This document shows, piece by piece, positions 1-15,900 of a stretch of DNA of 64,000 bases. Where the stretch lies: NCBI GenBank assembly GCA_964035545.1, contig OZ037767.1, positions 1,685,680 through 1,749,679 on the forward strand, written 5' to 3'. Position numbers and translations under genes: made by a program. The DNA comes from Bugula neritina (Eukaryota; Animalia; Bryozoa). The notes beneath the pieces are model-generated. The model was not told the DNA's origin and ran no database searches. It saw only the letters and a program-made list of their open reading frames with translations. How positions within the stretch are numbered: position 1 is the stretch's first letter; each line of letters starts with the position of its first letter.

Positions 1-860
1 CATTTACATTGCCAAGTAACTGTATACTTCACTATTGTACTTAATCACAATTCTATTAGCTTTGTGCTTACCGACAATGCTTTAACTTCAACTCCGCTAA
101 AAAAATCTCAAGTATTTAGATTATTTGATATTTTTCTTTCAATTGAATGGCTACTATAAACAAACTGTAGATTTATTAGTTTACAATAACAATGTGTACA
201 TAGTATGTGTGTAGTAGCTCCGCAGCAACCAGTGCACTAACTTATCAGCATATGGCAGCAGTCATATCTGTCGGAGGCAGCACATAATCAGTGGCAGCAT
301 CAGTATTACCAGCTTATGTTCTCTGCATGGTGAGGTATGCACAACTAATTCTTTATACACTCATGCTGATTATATTGTTAATGTGCTATATTCTATATTA
401 CATAGGCTATATTTTTGCTATTTGCTTTATATTTTTATATATTACTGATATAATTACTATTTTATAGTATATATTATGTGATAATATAGTTTTAGATGAT
501 TTTACAAAATTATGAATTTTGATGAACTAAAATTAGGGTTAGAGTTTATGTTAGTAATTCACAACCTTGTTGTTATATTACTCTTAGATAAACAAAACCT
601 CTCTCCACATTCTGTTAAGGGAATTTAAAATGACTTGATATATATAACAATAAGTCTTATAACAAAAATTATATCACTTTAGATTACTCTTCAGTTTCTT
701 GTAACTATCATTAATAAAAATCTCCCTTTAGCTACATCTTAAAGGATGTCACTTTTATACTGAATCTCACTTATTATAACTCATCAATAAAAACACTTTG
801 TAGACTCAGTTCTATGTATTCATACATCAACTTCTCAACTTTCTAAACAACCATTGATGT

Positions 861-1001
861 AGGCTATAACTAGTAGCACAGGCTATAACTAATAGCACAG
901 GCTATAACTAGTAGCACAGGCTATAACTAGTAGCACAGGCTATAACTAGTAGCACAGGCTATAACTAGTAGCACAGGCTATTACTAGTAGCACAGGCTAT
1001 A
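861..1001. repeat. 19-bp minisatellite GGCTATAACTAGTAGCACA x~7
   Basis: Directly visible. Confidence 0.95.
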
Positions 1002-1170
1002 CAACGAACTCACAGCTGTTGCCTGTCTAGTCTAGTTAACGTGGTGGAGAAAATAGTTCTAATTTCAATAAACGTGTGCATAGAACTAAAACTCAATAGT
1101 GCTAGTAGTAGTACTAGTAGTAGCGCTATAAGTTAGTGACATTGGTGTTAAGGTCATTAGGTACAACAAA

Positions 1171-1370
1171 TAGTATATGTAAGTATATATATTACAACAT
1201 AGTATATGTTAGCATATACCACAACATATAGTATATGTAAGTATATATATTACAACATAGTATATGTTAGCATATACCACAACATAGTATATGCTAGTAT
1301 ATATTACAACATAGTATATGTTAGCATATACCACAACATAGTATATGAAAGTATATATAAACATAGTATG
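1171..1370. repeat. Degenerate ~27-bp tandem repeat ACAACATAGTATATG...
   Basis: About 7 visible copies. Confidence 0.9.
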
Positions 1371-3348
1371 TGATATTTGACTTATTATATTGGCTTTGTA
1401 TAGACACTTGATGTAGTATCATACATATTGGATACAAACTTATATAATTATTCCTTATCAACTACACAAGGTTATAATTATACACTATTATATAATAATA
1501 TGCTGCATGATAATAAAGATTACTCAATTAGTTGAAGAGCTTTTGTAATGGAATTATAATTATACAATGCAAACACTATAGTGATAACACAATTATTTAA
1601 GTTCTAAAGTTGCGTTTATACCTTCACGATTTTCGGTCAAAATTTCAATTTGGCCGGGTTGAAATTTCTCCGAGTTGCATTGCATTGTAAAAGCCACTCG
1701 TTGAAATTTTTGTACTGTGATAACTTAATCGGCCAATTTTAGAATAGGAGTAATAACTCCTTGTAAACATCGTTATTTAGTTATTACTTTGGCGATTAGA
1801 CAACGTACTTATACGGTTATAATTATATAGCCTACGCCTTCTCAATTATCGCTTTTATGCTTTCCGCTTCACTAATTCACGACGTTTACAAAGGGCATCA
1901 AATAGCTATTATGCGAGTCAAATTTCAATTTCAATTTCAATAAGTTTACAAAAATGCTATAGAACTTTATAACTAGCTTATTTAATATAATTGAAATATT
2001 ACATAACGTAAAGCACAACTGAATACGTAGTGTAAAACACAATGTAAAATTTACAATTACTTTTGAAAATAAAATCGTACCAACAAGTTATATATTTTTA
2101 AACTCAACACATATGCTAGGATAATATAAATCTTATATTCTGGTCAAAGGCAGGATTTCTGTTTCCAGGCAAGTGGAAAGCAATAATTATCTCAAAATAT
2201 TTATGTTTTTATAATTATTAATAAATATTCCTATATACCAGCAGATATTTTCAGTAAGGTCAATTATCTAGTTTTTAAGTTCATTAGTTTATTTCCTGCT
2301 GCTGTAACAAAGACAATCTGCAGTTGCTAAGCAATGAAGATGATCTGCATCCAGTTCCCTGAATATCATATTTACAGCAGCTACTATTTGGTGCAATTCA
2401 CTTCTTCTATTATATGTTCTAGACTCTAGATTCTAGGGCATATAGTCTAGTAAATTATATTGTATTATTATGTATTATGCTAAATGCAGTAGCTGAAGTG
2501 TTATATATATGTAAACAGAATGCAACAATGCACAATATATTGCACATTAAATTATTAAACATGACTATAGCAGATAGACACATGGCACACTCATAATATA
2601 CAATATATAGCAGTGCCCAAAACTATATATAGTGTTATATAGTGCTAAATATAGTTATAGTGCTAAATATAAACTGTATATTATTTATTATAGGTTTAAC
2701 TATTAAGATAAATTGTAAGCTTAGTTGATGAAGGATGCTATACTATAAGCTATACTATGCTTGCTGCATTATCTTATGTAATATTGTGGATATAGTCAAT
2801 GTAATCAATAATTAAGTAGTCCCATGTGAGCTGATTCTCTATTATATAGCATGTCACATGCATGCTTGTACTTACATTACTGTACTTACATTACTGTACT
2901 TACACGCTTCTACTTACATTCACCTACTTACTAAATTCACAGTTCTACAAATAATTACTTTGCTGTGAATTATTCTCATCATGTATGACATCACGTACAT
3001 AGCTGAACAATTATGCTTTAGATACACCTTATCACTATTATATACATCATATAATTATATTGGCACTTTTCTAAGATTAAATGAATTCTACATATCTCTA
3101 GCCTAATCATCGTTTCTATAAATTTTGAGTTCATTTATAACTTTGGCAAGTGGGAGACTTTCAAATAGCTAAAGTTTATCTTAAAACGCGTATTTAATAG
3201 ATATACCACTTTGTTGACCCACAATATAATGTAGAAAACTATTGTATCATATGTGATGAAATGCAAATCCGTACAATTGGTTCATTTTGCTGCTCCAGAG
3301 TTCCAAATGATCTCTTCAAATACAGATACTTCTCAAGGATATGCTAAC

Positions 3349-6300
3349 ATGGAAGGCGCGGAGGAGAGAGAGGACAACTCTAATATTGTGTTACAAGAGT
3401 TTGTTCAGGTTCGTAAATGGCTACCCTATTTAAGTCTGTCCAACAATATTCTTTACATAATTAATTCAACAAATTATATGTTTTCAAGTTTACGAGAACA
3501 ACGAACTCGAACCGATTCAATTTTTAAAGCCATAGCAAAATTATAAAAGTTCGGACATGAAACACGGTTTTTTAAAATAGGGTTTGTCTCCCTTGATAAA
3601 ATATTATATTTGTATCACTTAAATTGACAACTTGTCTTGTATAAATTGGTTTTCAACTTAAAACTACGTGTAAAAATAATAATTTTAAAATAAACAACAA
3701 GCAAAAAATTTTGTTTTATGAAGCAAAAATATTAAAACGAATAATCACACTTATATTCTATACAAGTACAGTTATATTAGTATATTTACCAAACTAGTAA
3801 TCGTCAGTTTGGTTAAGCATGCTTAATGCTGACGCTTAACCTCAATATCATTATGATTATCATTATCATATTTATGGAACTGGGAAACCGGTTAATATCT
3901 AAAATCTATGAAAATTTAGACCACTGTAAGCCCTTTTAACAAAACAGGTAAATGTGCTTTTGAGCTCCTTGTACGCCCATGTTATCTATTAGCAATCTAA
4001 ACCGAGGAGATGTACATTGAAACAACGAAATAGTAAACATGTAACTTATGTATATAGTATGTATATAACTGCTATTATGCAGTATACTGTTTATGTGAGT
4101 TTCAACAAGAAATAAAGGTAGTTGCTAGCAGAAACATTCTTCCGGCACATTAAGTTTTTTCAAAATGCTGCATTTAATGTATTGATATGATATACTTTTT
4201 GAAAAACTTGAAATTTTAATAGCATACTAGCTCACTGAATGAAAGCCTTACTTTTTGAAATCACATCTATTGCAACTGTTGACTATAAGACATTGCTGCA
4301 ACAATTTTATATTTGCTGTTGAACTTATGCTGCTACAACGTATCTATATCATGCAATTTACCTGTCCGTAATAGGAACTGTCATATTTCCCTTTATGTCA
4401 AATGCATTGATATATAAACAGCTTAAATAACCCCACGGAGTACTATTTCCAGCAGACTAAAAGGCCATAAAGCTTTTTCCAATATTTTTTGTTTATAAAG
4501 TGACTCTAGTTTCTTGTAACGTAATACCAGCGTAGTCAGCATGTCTTCAAATTCATAAACAATGTTGTTGACCAGCAAACAAGTGTGTAAACAGGCACAG
4601 CTTTGTGTGCAGATGTAGCTCCACAATAGCCTGTCCTCCAGCTCTCAATACAACCTGCCTACAGTCTAATATTACAATGCCTTATTTATATACCTGCGAT
4701 GATTAGTCTGATAATATTCATGCTAATAGCATGGCTAGCAGCTTCAGACACTAGGTTGATGCTGAGTCTTAGGTTTGCTGTTATCAGCAAGGGTTTCTTT
4801 CTTATCAAAGTTACAGCAAATACTACTGCAGATGCCAGCTAATTCATCAGGAATGCCACTAAAGGTAACACAAGTTATTGAATATTATAATAATCTTTTA
4901 GTAAATTTTGGTGAAAAAGCATCACGCCTGCACACTCAAATTTACTAAAAAAATTAAGCTAAAACATAGAAAATCAAACAAAATTAGACAACAACTTTGC
5001 TTATTTAGTTGTATTTGTTAATATTTTATTAGTTTAATGCAAGAAACTATATATATTGAAACTGTAGAAAATAGCTGAAAGCTAGAGATATATATAGTGT
5101 GTACTAAATTAAGTAAAATGACTCATTTAGAAATTAAATGGCAATTCTTCTATTTGAACTAAAGGATGAAAGCTAAAACTAGAATCCCTCTTATGTACTT
5201 ACTAGGATATTTTTACAAAGTGTCAATCAGGAGTAAATACAGTAATAATTTCTTTGGTGTTGAAGTTTCATTATTATCACAAATAAAGTAGCAGAGAAGA
5301 CAACTCTAGTTGCATAGATAATACAGGCTATTACTTGAATCTTTTTGGTAAAACATGCATGAGCAAGTAGTAGATCAAGTGTTATCATGTCTGGGCATGC
5401 CCAAGGGATCATGTCTGAACATGCCCAAAGATCTTGGATTGCATGTCAAAACGTGCAGACACTGCTAATTTATTGATAATACACTTAACATGTTTGTATA
5501 TTAAGCTATAATAATATTAGCATTGATGTTGTATATATCAATATATTGATAGTATTTTGTATGTAAAATAACTAAATTCTTATTATTAAGCAAGTTATTT
5601 TGATGTATTTAATTGCTCAATATACATTTTCATCATGTCGATCTGGTTGAATATCACAATTCATTATCAGGACAGTGAACTACTATGTTTGTAGAACATG
5701 TCTTCTGTTAAATTCACCGTAGCCCCAAGCAATAAATGATTGTTTACACAGTATCTTGATATAATTGTTCATGTCATCTTAAATTTATTGTCACAAACTG
5801 AAGAATTCTTCTAATATTATGTTTATGTGATTACGTAAATAGTATGTTGTTGGTGTAATTATGCAACGGTGAAAATGGAGAGTATTCTCCTCATTTAATA
5901 TAGAACAGATAACTCTATGACTGTCTTTAGGTAAATTTACTTAGTATTAGCTAGTGGTTGGGTGCATTTGCACTAACTGTGCTCTAGCTACTGTCAAATT
6001 TCTCACTTTTTATATAAACGCCTTTTTTATACTAGCAGGAATAGCATGAGGCACGCCTCGGTCAAAGATGTTCATTACGTTTATTTTCCCAATAATAACA
6101 ACTGAAACCTACACAATATTTCTTTTATTTGGCTTGAAAGAAAAAAATTGCATTAAAATAATAAGCTAGAATTATTTATTGTTTTTATTTTAAATCTTGA
6201 AATAAAAATATTGATCATCGTACTAGTAATAATCAAAATGTTTTGCGACTAGATCAGTTTTTGTTTTGATTTTCATAGCTAATTATATAGGTTTTACAGT

Positions 6301-7338
6301 AGAGCTAAATCGAGCGCGTGACGATTTCAGAGGTTAAATCAGTATAATCATTATTGAACAAGTACAGCGTGCGATCGCTTTTGTTTCAGTCGCTTCCCTA
6401 TCGCTTCAGAGGCGTTACCTCGTTTCTAGCGCAGTACACGTGGTCCAAGCAAACATTGTATGCTTAGTGTTTACAAACTTATTTGACACTTTTGCAATCA
6501 GTAAGGTACACTAGATTCTGGTTTTCATGTCTGTTGAATCTCAAGTAACATGTTAAAATGGAAGGTTAACTCACCCCAGCTGTCTGCTCACTCTGACCCC
6601 AGACTTCTCAGGTCAATCTCTGACGCTGACTTGTGTTACTCTTGTTCTCTTATCGACAGCGAAGACAGCTTTGTAGATTCTTTAGGAACAAATGTGAGTA
6701 TATTTATCCAGAGATTTTATTGCGTAAGGCTTTGTTTGGTTAAATAATATAAATAGTATATTCTGTCAGTAATAGTAGGTTATTAATTTGTACTTTAGTC
6801 GTGAAGAATTTTTATTATAAAGTGGCTATTACTCATCAAGGCGGGCTTCTTTCACCTCAGATGCGTTGGATTATACATTATATTATAATAGCACATAGCA
6901 CAGTTACTAATGCTATAAAATAAATATTACGTATGGTAACAGTATTTTTATTTAAACTCATAACAACGAGTAATAGTATTAATAATTTTCATTATAATAT
7001 TATTACTATAAAAGGTAGATTTTGACCAAGACTTGAGTGATCGCAAACATATTTCCACTGAAATACGGACATGAAAGTTTATAACTCAGCCTGAACTTTC
7101 TCTATTAAAAGTGGAGTGAAAAATATAACATGTACTTTATTTCTCTATCTGGATATGTTGATATAATATAATATGCGTGTAGCATACAATATGTATAATA
7201 TGATATATAGAATATAACATGTATATAATATGAAATATAATATAATAATGTGCAGAATGCAATTATATATAGAATATATTATGTGAAGTGTTTTCATAAA
7301 GTTTCCCTTCTACTTTACTGCCAGAAGTGGGTACAGTA

Positions 7339-7371
<33 letters not shown>

Positions 7372-9817
7372 GCACCTTTGACAAAGCAGTCTCATTTACA
7401 AATTCAGAGCTGGTTATAGCACCAGGAGGGGCGACTTCCGGTTGTTTGCTGCCGAAGGTCAGCCCATCTGATGAAATCCGGCATGCTGCCACTAAAGTGC
7501 TGCCACAACTAGCTGTCTCCATAAAGTCATTGATTTTATGTCAGCTACAGTGTGCAGGATTCAGCCGCTGTCTTTGTCCAGCAATTAACTGTTTTTATTT
7601 GAAATTGATTTCTTTAATATTATATAGCCTACTTTTGAGTTAGTGTAGGGCAGCAGTATCACACACTGGCAGCAATGGCAGCTTGATTGCTGCCGTATTT
7701 CTATCTCCTAGATTGCTATCGGTTGTTTTTGTGCAACAAAAGTTTGCAAACAAAGTTGGAGTAAAAAATGTATATGTTTTGCTGCTTTAAAAACACCCCT
7801 TTGTGTTCAATAATCATACATTTGTTTTCATTACGCCGGCTTCATTCAACTGTTTCAGCAAAACAAATAAAATTGTATGTATTGAACTCATGCAAACACA
7901 GTTACAAATTCAAGTTAAAATAAAGGTTCAAATTTCATTAGAATATTTAATTAGAATATTATTATAACTTTGAATTTCTCCAATTTATCATTTCTATAGT
8001 TCTATAGCGTTCATGAAGCTATGCACCATTTAGTGGCCTGATATACAAATATGTATAGAAAATTCATGGGCTTTTTAGAGTTGAAAATTACAGTTATTGG
8101 TAGCCGTACTTATTTCCTGGGCAGCTCAACATAGCAATCAATGTTGTGTACGCATGGTTGAAAAGCAATTAGCAAAATTGTTAGCAACTGGGCTTTAAAT
8201 GCTCATACTGTAAAAGGTAGCAAATTATATAGGAAATTTCTAGAACCTATCCTTAATATTTAAACCTTAGAGCTAGCTTAAATCTCAAACTAATCAAAAT
8301 GTGTTTATTTGAAGTTGGTCTACTATCTTCCAATCTTAATAGAGGATAGAAAAGGCCCAAGTGTTGAGGCCACAGACGTGTTACATAACTGACAATTGTA
8401 TTAAGAAAGTTAAGATAATTATATAAGAAAATAAAGAGTCAGAAGCTCCCATCTCCATGGCTACAGCATCGGCTATTTATAAAGCTGTCAGGTTAATTAT
8501 AGATTATGCCTTTCATGAAACAGTCTAGTTAATCTTATGGGACCTCAACTACAAATAAAATCAAAGCTGACTTGTTAAAACCAGCCACAACTACTCATGT
8601 CTAGTTTACAAGTGGAAGCTTTTCTTTAATGGTTAATTGCGCGTGATAGATCTTATCGAGTCCAAATTATCCATAAAGTAATTATAGCTATTTGATTGCC
8701 ATGTGGAGCTAAAACTATCTGTAATTTTTGAGGGTGTATGCATGTACACCCCCTCTCTATGTTCTGGTAAGAAAGAGAGATTATCCTAATCTCCTGATTA
8801 TTCATGTTCTCTTGCGTCATGACTGTTTAGTGGGTGTAGGTTTATATTATTAGAAAAATATAAATAAATTTATGATTTACTAACAGCTTTTGAAATCAAC
8901 TTCTACTAATGAATTATATCTAAATTTGGGATCTCAAAAAAATGACAATTTTTTCCATGTTTCAAATTGCATTTTAAGATGCTTTCGTTTAGATAGATTA
9001 TAGTTTAGATCTTTCCTAATATAATTCAGTATATTTACAGTTGAGAGAGATGATGCAAGACCTGCAAGTCGGATTTTCCGCCGCTATGAACGAACTTTCC
9101 AACATTCAAGACGAGGATAAAATACTTCACGAGAAAATGAACAGCTCTAGAAGAGAGCACGACACCCAGATGAGTGACATTGTTGACCTTGTGCAATCTC
9201 TCAAGGTAAACGGTCTCCCTCATCATAACTATACATACAACTGTAATGGTCATAAAGTCTTGAAACTTTAAATACAGCCATTAACTTTTACAGCTGTACA
9301 GATGAACATGTTTTTATACTAACCTATTTACCTGACTCAAAAATAATAACGATTAAAGCATTACTAAAAATAAAAATTATCTGATATGATAAAAACGTAC
9401 GATTTCAAAGGCAAAGTTTTACCCTACCCTTCTCTTTCTGTGACATGGATGGACTTACTGTTGTTCTTAAACTTCGATGCTCAGTGGTAGCCTGTATTCC
9501 TAACATCAATGAACTTGGGGGGGGGGGTACTGCCATATCTCAAAACTTTGCCTGTACAACTTATAGTGGCCAAAGAAACAGCTCCAAGTTCAGTTGTCTT
9601 TCCTACAAGATGCTTCTAGTACCAGCATTTTACTAATGGCATGAATAAACTAGTTTAGAAAACAATATGTTTTAAGGGTGCTAGTAACTACCCCCCTCCA
9701 TATTATGCTAAAATAAGGTTTCTTTAATAGTTTGAATTCTCATGACCTAAACTTTAAAGCAACGTAAAGCTGGGATGCTCTGCTCTCCACTAATCCAGCA
9801 GTTAATATCTTGTAACT

Positions 9818-9902
<85 letters not shown>

Positions 9903-12900
9903 CATTGTATTACATATATAGGATGTTATGTTGGTTATATTACTATAACTATACTGGTATTATATTATATTATGGTAATATATTAGTATACTATGTTATC
10001 ATATTGTATTATATTATTATATTATATGGTATTGCAGGCGCAATGTGATAATATTCAACTACAGTTAGCGGTATCTAACAAGAATCAAAGGAAATTGGAA
10101 CGTCAAATTAAAAAGTTAAAGTCAGAAAGAGCTGTTGTTTTTGTTGGAGAAAATGAAGAAAGTCACAAACTCTTCTCTCAACTGGAGAATATCAACAGCA
10201 ACAATGCATATACTAACAACGCCTGCGCCAAAAATCCCATGCTAAAGTCATACATTGCAAGTCTACCCCACCCACAAGGTTAGCTTATATATTTATACTT
10301 AGTTTCTTTATTTAGACTTAGTTTATTTTTAATTCATGGTTCAATTGTGGTTTGAGGTTTTCTGTAGCCACCCTTAAGGAAATAGAATATTATCACGTAA
10401 TAAAAAATGAAGGAATTTTTATTACGTGATAAAAACGAGTAATCTGTCTGTACGTCCCCTAGACATGGAGGAGATTGAAGACCACCACTCGGACTCTGAC
10501 GAGAGTTTAGCCGCTGTGACCCAAAGAAGTCTCATGTTATCAAACACCTTGTCACAGCACACCTACACAGTCCCACAATCCCATTCTCTGGGTGAACTAA
10601 ATTCCGCCCACATGGGAGACACCTCTCATACATCCAGTGATCTGGTTAGTTGAATCTTATACTACATAGCGTTGCTTTTTACTATGTTTACTAGAATTTT
10701 AATTTAAATCTAATGCAAATTTTTTTTCAAGAAAAATTCACATTATTATTTATTTAGTAACTAATTTAAATTATTCGTGTTTTCTAAATTCAGAGTAAAA
10801 TTTTTAAAGAGTAATTTGTGTGTGAGACTTTATACAACTTATGTGATTTTAAGTTTCAGAAAAAAAAATTGTGCCTATACATGATGGAACTTTTTTTTGC
10901 TTTTACCACCTGCAAACAATAAAATCCAAATACCTTTCGGTAAGTTCAATTTTCTGTCTGGACTGTTGCTAAAGTCCTTCAAGCTTTAGATTGAAACACT
11001 ATAAAGATATTTAGTACTTGAAGAAAAATTAATTGGTGCTTGAAATTTATTACTGAAGGTTTAAGACTCCATTGAAGTTTGTGCACATTAGGGGTTAATC
11101 CTTAGTAATTATTTTAATTATCCTCTAAAGTTAGTTTATCTTTAAGTATAATCTATGTTAATAATAGCATAACTCCGTGAGAATTACATAGACTTAACCT
11201 ATTAACTTCATTTCCCCTCCTATTTATTCCCAACTTTGGTTTCCTGTCATCTATCTGGGTAAATTAGATGCTGGTATTTTTATCTCAACAGTCACTGCTG
11301 GGTATATAAGACTATTTTGAAGACTTGTCACTTTTAACACAACACAATTAGCATATGAAAAGAATTTAAAGTATTTTTGGCATTGTATTATTCGATTGTC
11401 TTTCATTACGCCATTTCAAATTAAAATATCTCAAACTGATAAATGATAAAATTGCCTGGGTGTAGCTAAATAAGACTCAAATACTTCTTTGATACAGCTA
11501 TCATACTTAACAGAACTTTTTCTTCAGCACAGTTTTATAGATAGTATACCGGGTTGACAGTGGTACCAGAGGAATAATTATTAGGTAGATTAATATTATA
11601 TCCAGCATAGTATTCTAGTTATGACTCATGTTTGAGTCACTAATGACTGTCAGTTACTATCCCCAGAATCACCTACACTTATTTGTATTTGAATACTTGA
11701 TAGTCTCATATATTGATAACTAGCAGAGCCATCAATAAGTAACTAATCTCAACGTTACCCTGGCTTTATTTTGATACCACTAGCGGCTTAGAAGGTCAAA
11801 TAAGGGTTACTGTTACGTGTTTAAGAGATTTAGCTTACGATTGTGTACTCCCGTAATAGGAAGTGGCGTTGTAGGTAAGAACATTAAAAAGCTTGTACTC
11901 TAAAAAAAATTGTCGGCAAAGCTTGATGTTTTTTATGAAAATTACAACTCTCAACTCAAACCAAAACTAGTAAGGAGATTACACAACCTGTGCTGGTTTG
12001 TTGCAGAGTGTGAAGAGTGAGTGTAACATGGCTGAAGTGAGTCAGAACTTAGGGAACAGGAAACGCCTACACAATATGGCAACCAACAGAATTCAAGGTG
12101 ACAATTTTAACAATTTGAGGCTCAGTTGTGTGTAAATTATGTTTATTTCCTTATAGTTTTGTTGTATTAACAAAGGCAGGTGGTATTTCTCAATTAGCAA
12201 TTAATTCATATATGAATAGAGTTTATATATAACCGGATAGTACCTTATCTATGCTCAGGTCATAGACACAGATTAGCTGTTGACATAATGGAGTCGGAAA
12301 AGAACTATTGTACCACTTTATATAACATCCTGGAGGGGTACAAGAAAGCCCTCAGTAGCTCTGGTGGTCTCACTTCTAGAGATCTGAGGTTAGTTACTAC
12401 AGTTGTATCTGCTTAGCTCGAGTTCTTAGTTATTGGCTTGAAATTTGGGTTTACAATTACTTTAATAACCGGCAGACATGTTTTTGTGTTGGAATGGGCT
12501 AGACTTGGGGCTTCCCTGAAAATACTTGTAAGTTTACATGAAGTACTTTCAGCATACTGTAAGTATAGCAAAAATACTTACTTTTTGTACTTACTTCTTG
12601 TATAATAAACAGTTGAAGCTGGTGCAGTTTGAAATCTATTCTATACAATATAAACTGTGATTCTACACTGTCAACAATGAGATGTTCACAGGTATAGCAC
12701 ATAGTATATTATGAATGCACTCACGTACAAGCGCATATAACGTAGAATCAGTTAATTTTAGCACCAAGTAAAGAGCTTTTGCACAAAATCAATATTAAGA
12801 CTCAAAGGGAGCATTTCAAGGGCACATAGTACACCGGCAACACCCACAGCGCTTACAAAGACTTGTTTTATCATTTGTATAAAAAATGCATAACTTTCAG

Positions 12901-15900
12901 TAATTGTATACTAATTGTACCCTTATCAGTATTCCGTACTCAGAAATTGACAAAATCAATACAAAATAAATTTACCAAAAAAGTACAGCACTGGAATAAA
13001 TTTAAATATCTTCACAATAATTACATTGTAGGTAAAATATTATGCTGTAAGAACCAACAACAATAATTGCTTGAGTAGAAGATAGAAATAAATCGTGTGA
13101 CATTGGTAAGCAAGTGCTCCATGCCATATGGCAGTTGGGGAAATAGGTTGACACTTTCATGTGGCTTTGGGAACTTGTGCCCTACTATAGGCAGGAGCTG
13201 GGAAATCAAGTGACACTAGGAAACAAGTGCCCTTTGTTTACCTAAGCAATTACTCATCCATGTTAATTAGGTTTGTTGATTAAACAACATCAGTGCGGTG
13301 TAAGGTCACCCTAGTCAGCTGAGAATATTCTCACCAATTTCAACCACATGACCTCTACACTTTATCCATTTGTTTGCTTTCTTGTTTTGACCTTATAGAT
13401 TGCATTTCATCATTTTTCAACAGTTTACTTGACTATATTATATGTTATTGTTACTCATTGAAATTCTTATCTTTCAACATAAACAGTAATTTATAATGGA
13501 CATGCTGGTTTGATTATAGAATCAAAATTTTTGATGAAAATACAAACTAATACTTATGTATCACTCATTCTAGTTGTACCATCAGTTTTAATTGAAACTA
13601 GAAAATAGATATTCCTTTAAAGATGGCTTCACCTCCAATCTCATCCTTAAACCCCTTTCCAAAGCCTAGTCTTTTACAGAGGGGGGGGAGAGAGTCTAAC
13701 AGTATTTACAAATGAATAAAACTCTTTCCGTTGTTTTTAGTCGCCTGTTCCCTCCTAGCCTTTCTTCTATCTATGAGTACCATTGTGCTACCCTGAAGAA
13801 ACTAGAAACTAGGCTAAGCAGGTGGAAACAGCAGGACATCTTGGGAGACATCTTTGCTAAGTTTTCTGTAACAAAAGAGGTAAGGCTTGAACTCACAATC
13901 TCCTGTGACACTTTGATGTTGTGACATTGTGACATGATGGCACCATGACACCTCGACGTTGTGACATTGTGATACTGTGACATTGTGACACTGGTATGAT
14001 ACTGTGACATATATTGTTGTGGCATGGTGTCACTGTGGGTTTGACGGCACACTTGCTAGTCTGGATAGAGTGAGTTTAGACACATTTTGAGTCTAGAAAT
14101 AACTTTCACATCATCAGTGACTTAGACATTTAGACTGTCAACACAGTAGATGTTGTTGACCACAGATCCAATTTTCTCTTGAAAATAACGCCCCAAAGTT
14201 ATTCCCCCAATTACAATATTCAAAATAACATTCCATTTAACCCTAGTAATGCAATATAACCATTGATATGTGTTACATACATGCGCATAAAATAGCTGTG
14301 GTTGGTTGTCTACCTCCAGCTATTGAGGTTGTCTTGAAATAATCAAATGTATAAAATGCTGTTCACCACCTTTATGATTTAGTATCTACCTGTAAGTGTA
14401 GATGAATTTCTTGCTGTGGGTCTGTATTTTGAGCTGTGTGGGGTAAATTAACTGTTCACCTATTCAAATACACAAGTTCATGTTTATTGTTAAGATAACA
14501 TATAAACAAGCATGGTATTGTTTTGATGCAACCCATGCAGCTGTTACCAGAAAATATCAATAATATGAGTAAGAAATAATCATAGTTCTTTGATCAAACA
14601 CAAATAGCCAAGTTAAATGAGCTGATTCAAGTACTGCTCAAGTCTTCAAAGTATGTTATTAATAATCTACAGTGTGACTTAATGAGCCACAAACCTCTCC
14701 CCCACTTTACAAGTCAGTTCCCTCTTCAACTCTTAATGGGAGATTGAAATATGGTTCTCAGAGTCTTCTGTTAGATCTAATTATACTAGATTCTTTTGTT
14801 CAGCGAGCTGTTTCTAAAACACTAGTATATTTGTAGTTAGTAATTCATGTAATATAAAGTAGTGGTGAATCGTTAGGCTAACAAGAAATTACTGCTCAAC
14901 TAGCTAGACATAGAGGCTATATAGTATATTATAGCAATGAGAACAGCAAGAAGAGCTGTTTTATCAATATTTTATTCAAACATCAAGCTTATATACAATG
15001 TGACATAGACACATTACTGTGGGATATCCTTAGGAAAGATTTTTCGTCAGTTACAGATTGAAATTCTTGGCACATTAGTTTGAGAGTTGATTTTTTAATT
15101 CAAACTCACAACTTGCTAGTGGGCTAGTATATATAGTTTTTGATTCATTGAATAACTTTTTGCCTATTGGGTATTGAAGTGGATGTGCAGTTGGAAACAT
15201 TTGAGCTATTTCATTGTGTAGGTGGACATATTCAGTCAGTATAGAGAGTATATAGGCAACTTTCCAGTGGCACTACAGACTGTAGGGAGACTGAGCAAGA
15301 ACAGTGAAAGATTTCGACATACCCTCAAAATGTGTCAAGGGGAGTCAGGGGCAGATAATTACTCATTTGTGAGTCAGCTATTGACACCTGTTAGGAGAAT
15401 CTCTAGCATTGTGCTACAAATAAAGGTAAGTTTCTTACAAATTTGTTACATCATTTGTTATAGCTTGCCTTCAGCTATGACGGGATGTTTATACTAGTAG
15501 TTAGCTATAATAACGTTGTCACTATTCTTCACTTGGAATTACCCAGCATTTATTACACAACTTTAAGTTATAAGTAAATGTTCCTTTGCTTTGTTTGTTT
15601 AAAACCCCTTGATTTCATTGGCTAGCTGAAATACGTGATGTTGCAGTGGGTGTGTGTAATAAATTAATGAGATTATTGCTTGAAATCAGTACAAAACCTC
15701 AAGATTAGAAAGGATTTAGCTAGTTCTGCCAATTATTTTCTCTTGTGATAGTTTTATCACTTATTGAGTAATATATGGAGCTGCCAGATTTGGTTAATGT
15801 TCCCATTGTTGTGGTCACTTTCTTCATGTTTGCCACGCAGCATGGTGTATTTCATTCCTTCATATAAATATCATTACTTGTGGGATTACAGACTCTATCT

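Noticed and set aside
1-340. Possible exon of a neighbouring gene (donor-like sites, GCAGCA-rich)
   Set aside because: No convincing reading frame or homology could be seen.
7300-7650. Helentron/DINE-like element suggested by the (TCTG)n tract and GC-richer flank
   Set aside because: No sub-terminal inverted repeats, 3' hairpin or second copy could be identified in the window.
9480-9700. MITE-like remnant (CAGTGG...G-run...C-run)
   Set aside because: Terminal inverted repeats and a target-site duplication are not demonstrable.
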